Shown here one piece after another: positions 47,215 to 48,988 of a stretch of DNA of 48,988 nt. The notes beneath the pieces were generated by a model. That model ran no database searches and had not been told where the DNA came from. It was given only the letters and a program-made list of their open reading frames with translations. This DNA comes from Chitinophagaceae bacterium UBA2789 (GTDB lineage Bacteria > Bacteroidota > Bacteroidia > Chitinophagales > Chitinophagaceae), in NCBI GenBank assembly GCA_002352145.1, contig DEHX01000097.1, positions 1 to 48,988 of the forward strand. Reading direction: 5' to 3'. Each line of letters starts with the position of its first letter. The first letter of the stretch is position 1. The position numbers and the translations under genes were made by a program.

Positions 47215-48114
47215 TTATTTAAGTTGATTACCAATAAACCCGGTCATTTCCATCATCCAGGCTATTCCTAAATGAACTATAAGTCCTCCCCAGATAGATC
47301 GGGTATTATATACAACGATTCCCAATAGCAGCCCGCCGAAATAAGAACTGATACATTCGCCCAACGGCTTGCCAAAATGAATGGTACAATAAAAACAGGC
47401 CATAGGCAGTATGGCATCTTTACCCACCCATTTGGCAAAACCAAGTACGAGGAACCCCCGGAAAAAAAATTCAATGGTGAAGAAATCACTTCCATAAGAT
47501 AGTTCGAATAATAACTTTTGCCACCATATTGCCTCTGAGGAAACGGAATTCAATTTTGGATATACTGAAAGAAAATCATTTTGTGTTGCCGCCAAAGTGA
47601 TTAATGGAAACATGATTAGTAACATCAACAAATAAGGTTTCCATGCCATGTTTCCGGTTCTTAGGCCATAAAGTGGCTGATCTTCGTGATACAATTTCCA
47701 TATAAAATAAAGTAAGAGAAAAATAACAATCGCAAGTGCCGGCCAATAACCTACCTGGTTCCAAAAGTGATTGTTTGTTTGATTTTCTGAAAATGATATT
47801 ACTAACGAGACGCTTATTTTCCACGCAAAGATTAATGGAGTAACGACAAGTAAAATGTAGAAGTTTTTGTTTTTTAGATGGTTCTTTTTCCTTGCGAGAC
47901 CATAAAATAAATAGGGGACAATAAATGCTGCGGCAAAGACTACATACCAGCAAAATAGTTTAACTACAAATAAATTTTTTTTTCTGATGAATGTGTCAAG
48001 TCCAAAATAATAATTACAAAAGACCAGAAATGCTGTAAACAAACTGATCAATAAAAGGATAGTTCTGTCTGTTTCCTTGTAATAGCTCTTAATATAGTAT
48101 ATGATCTCCTTCAT
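47215..48114 (-). CDS. CPBP/Abi family intramembrane glutamic endopeptidase
   Basis: IEFFFRGF, FYCTIHFGKP and IVHLGIA motifs in a polytopic protein. Confidence 0.88.
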   Translation of the reverse strand: MKEIIYYIKSYYKETDRTILLLISLFTAFLVFCNYYFGLDTFIRKKNLFVVKLFCWYVVFAAAFIVPYLFYGLARKKNHLKNKNFYILLVVTPLIFAWKISVSLVISFSENQTNNHFWNQVGYWPALAIVIFLLLYFIWKLYHEDQPLYGLRTGNMAWKPYLLMLLIMFPLITLAATQNDFLSVYPKLNSVSSEAIWWQKLLFELSYGSDFFTIEFFFRGFLVLGFAKWVGKDAILPMACFYCTIHFGKPLGECISSYFGGLLLGIVVYNTRSIWGGLIVHLGIAWMMEMTGFIGNQLK

Positions 48115-48215
48115 CTCAAACGAAAAAATAAAATTTTACGCCGGTCTTTAAACTTTCTTGCTCCATCCTTTTCAAAACATACGTTAAAAATATTTGAAAC
48201 CCCAAAAGTATAGCC

Positions 48216-48988
48216 ATGAAAACTATCACACTAAACCGGATGATGATTGCGATGTTCGCTGTTTTATTATCCATCTTTGTTATCTCCTGTCAAAAGGAAT
48301 CCAGTCTAACCGAACCTACAACTTTAACTGAAGAAGAAGCCGCCACTTATTCAGAAGAAAGTACCCAGGCTGAAGCCAGTTTTGATGATGCTGAAGATAT
48401 TGGTTTTACAGCCGCCGAAGAAGAAGGTAATGCAGGCGGTTTTGGCCTGGAGGGCCGTTCTGCATCTGAGCAGGGAAGAGTTTTCCTGCCAAATTTTGCT
48501 GAATTGCGAGGCCGTATTGGCGACTGTGCTACGATTACTGTTACACCAAACGACAGCACTTATCCCAAAACAGTCACCATTGACTTTGGCGACAGTTGCC
48601 GCGGTCGTGATGGAAAAGTAAGAAGTGGCAAGATCGTATTGCACTTCACAGGGCCTATCCGTCGCCCAGGTTCTGTAGTAACTATGACCTTTGTTAACTA
48701 TTATGTAAACAGGGTACATATTGAAGGAACGAAAATATTCAAAAACCTGAGTGAACCGCCAATGCTGCATAAATGGAGTGTGGAAGTATTGGATGGTAAG
48801 GTGACTTTCCCCAACGGCAGAGGATACACTTATGATGGCATTAAAACAGTAAAACAAATTGCCGGTATGCTAACCAATGTCGTAAGAGATGATGTGTACC
48901 AGATTACCGGCCGTTCTAAAACTGTTTTTAGAAATGGGACTACAGTAAATATCAATACTGAAGATCCGCTGATCAAAAAGGTAGCCTG
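48216..48988 (+). CDS. Lipoprotein of unknown function; 3' end lies beyond the right edge
   Basis: Not in the ORF track. Manual translation MKTITLNRMMIAMFAVLLSIFVISCQKESS (lipobox) continues through TVTIDFGDSCRGRDGKVRSGKI and stays open to the edge. Confidence 0.85.
   Translation, partial: MKTITLNRMMIAMFAVLLSIFVISCQKESSLTEPTTLTEEEAATYSEESTQAEASFDDAEDIGFTAAEEEGNAGGFGLEGRSASEQGRVFLPNFAELRGRIGDCATITVTPNDSTYPKTVTIDFGDSCRGRDGKVRSGKIVLHFTGPIRRPGSVVTMTFVNYYVNRVHIEGTKIFKNLSEPPMLHKWSVEVLDGKVTFPNGRGYTYDGIKTVKQIAGMLTNVVRDDVYQITGRSKTVFRNGTTVNINTEDPLIKKVA

Noticed and set aside
48351-48857. 168-aa and shorter minus-strand ORFs near the right edge
   Set aside because: The plus-strand lipoprotein frame starting at 48216 explains the region.
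1-48988. CRISPR arrays, IS elements, prophage or defence systems
   Set aside because: No regularly spaced repeats, transposase, integrase or phage genes were recognised. The Abi/CPBP protein at 47215-48114 is a membrane protease family member, not evidence of abortive infection.

Overview
Gene-dense, moderately AT-rich bacterial chromosomal window with about 45 CDS, tRNA-Cys(GCA) and the RNase P RNA (rnpB). It is almost certainly Bacteroidota and probably Chitinophagaceae-like (inference from TAnnTTTG-type promoter boxes, no evident Shine-Dalgarno sites, a CarboxypepD_reg-type TonB receptor, YfhO and a Bacteroidota-type Smr protein). Most of it is housekeeping: purB, mqnA, corA-like, dapF, sdaA, valS, aat, trhO, purC, holA, ribF, purM, a polyprenyl synthase and an APC permease. 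A surface-glycan locus lies at about 3.0-11.5 kb (FkbM methyltransferase, four glycosyltransferases, YfhO, PKD-DNRLRE lipoprotein). I saw no integrase, transposase, prophage gene or CRISPR array. The strongest candidates for undescribed biology are four. (1) At 34.9-38.1 kb, a signal-peptide-bearing Ppx/GppA-NTPDase-like (ASKHA) enzyme sits between two paralogous membrane-anchored coiled-coil/beta-sandwich proteins, behind a sigma54-like -24 box. (2) A 933-aa gluzincin + beta-propeller + Omp85-barrel protein has no evident POTRA domains. (3) An exported protein carries two tandem C-x2-C...H-x3-C modules. (4) Six housekeeping genes appear to have a leaderless promoter architecture. Two edge-truncated CDS missing from the ORF track were added, and many start codons were corrected.
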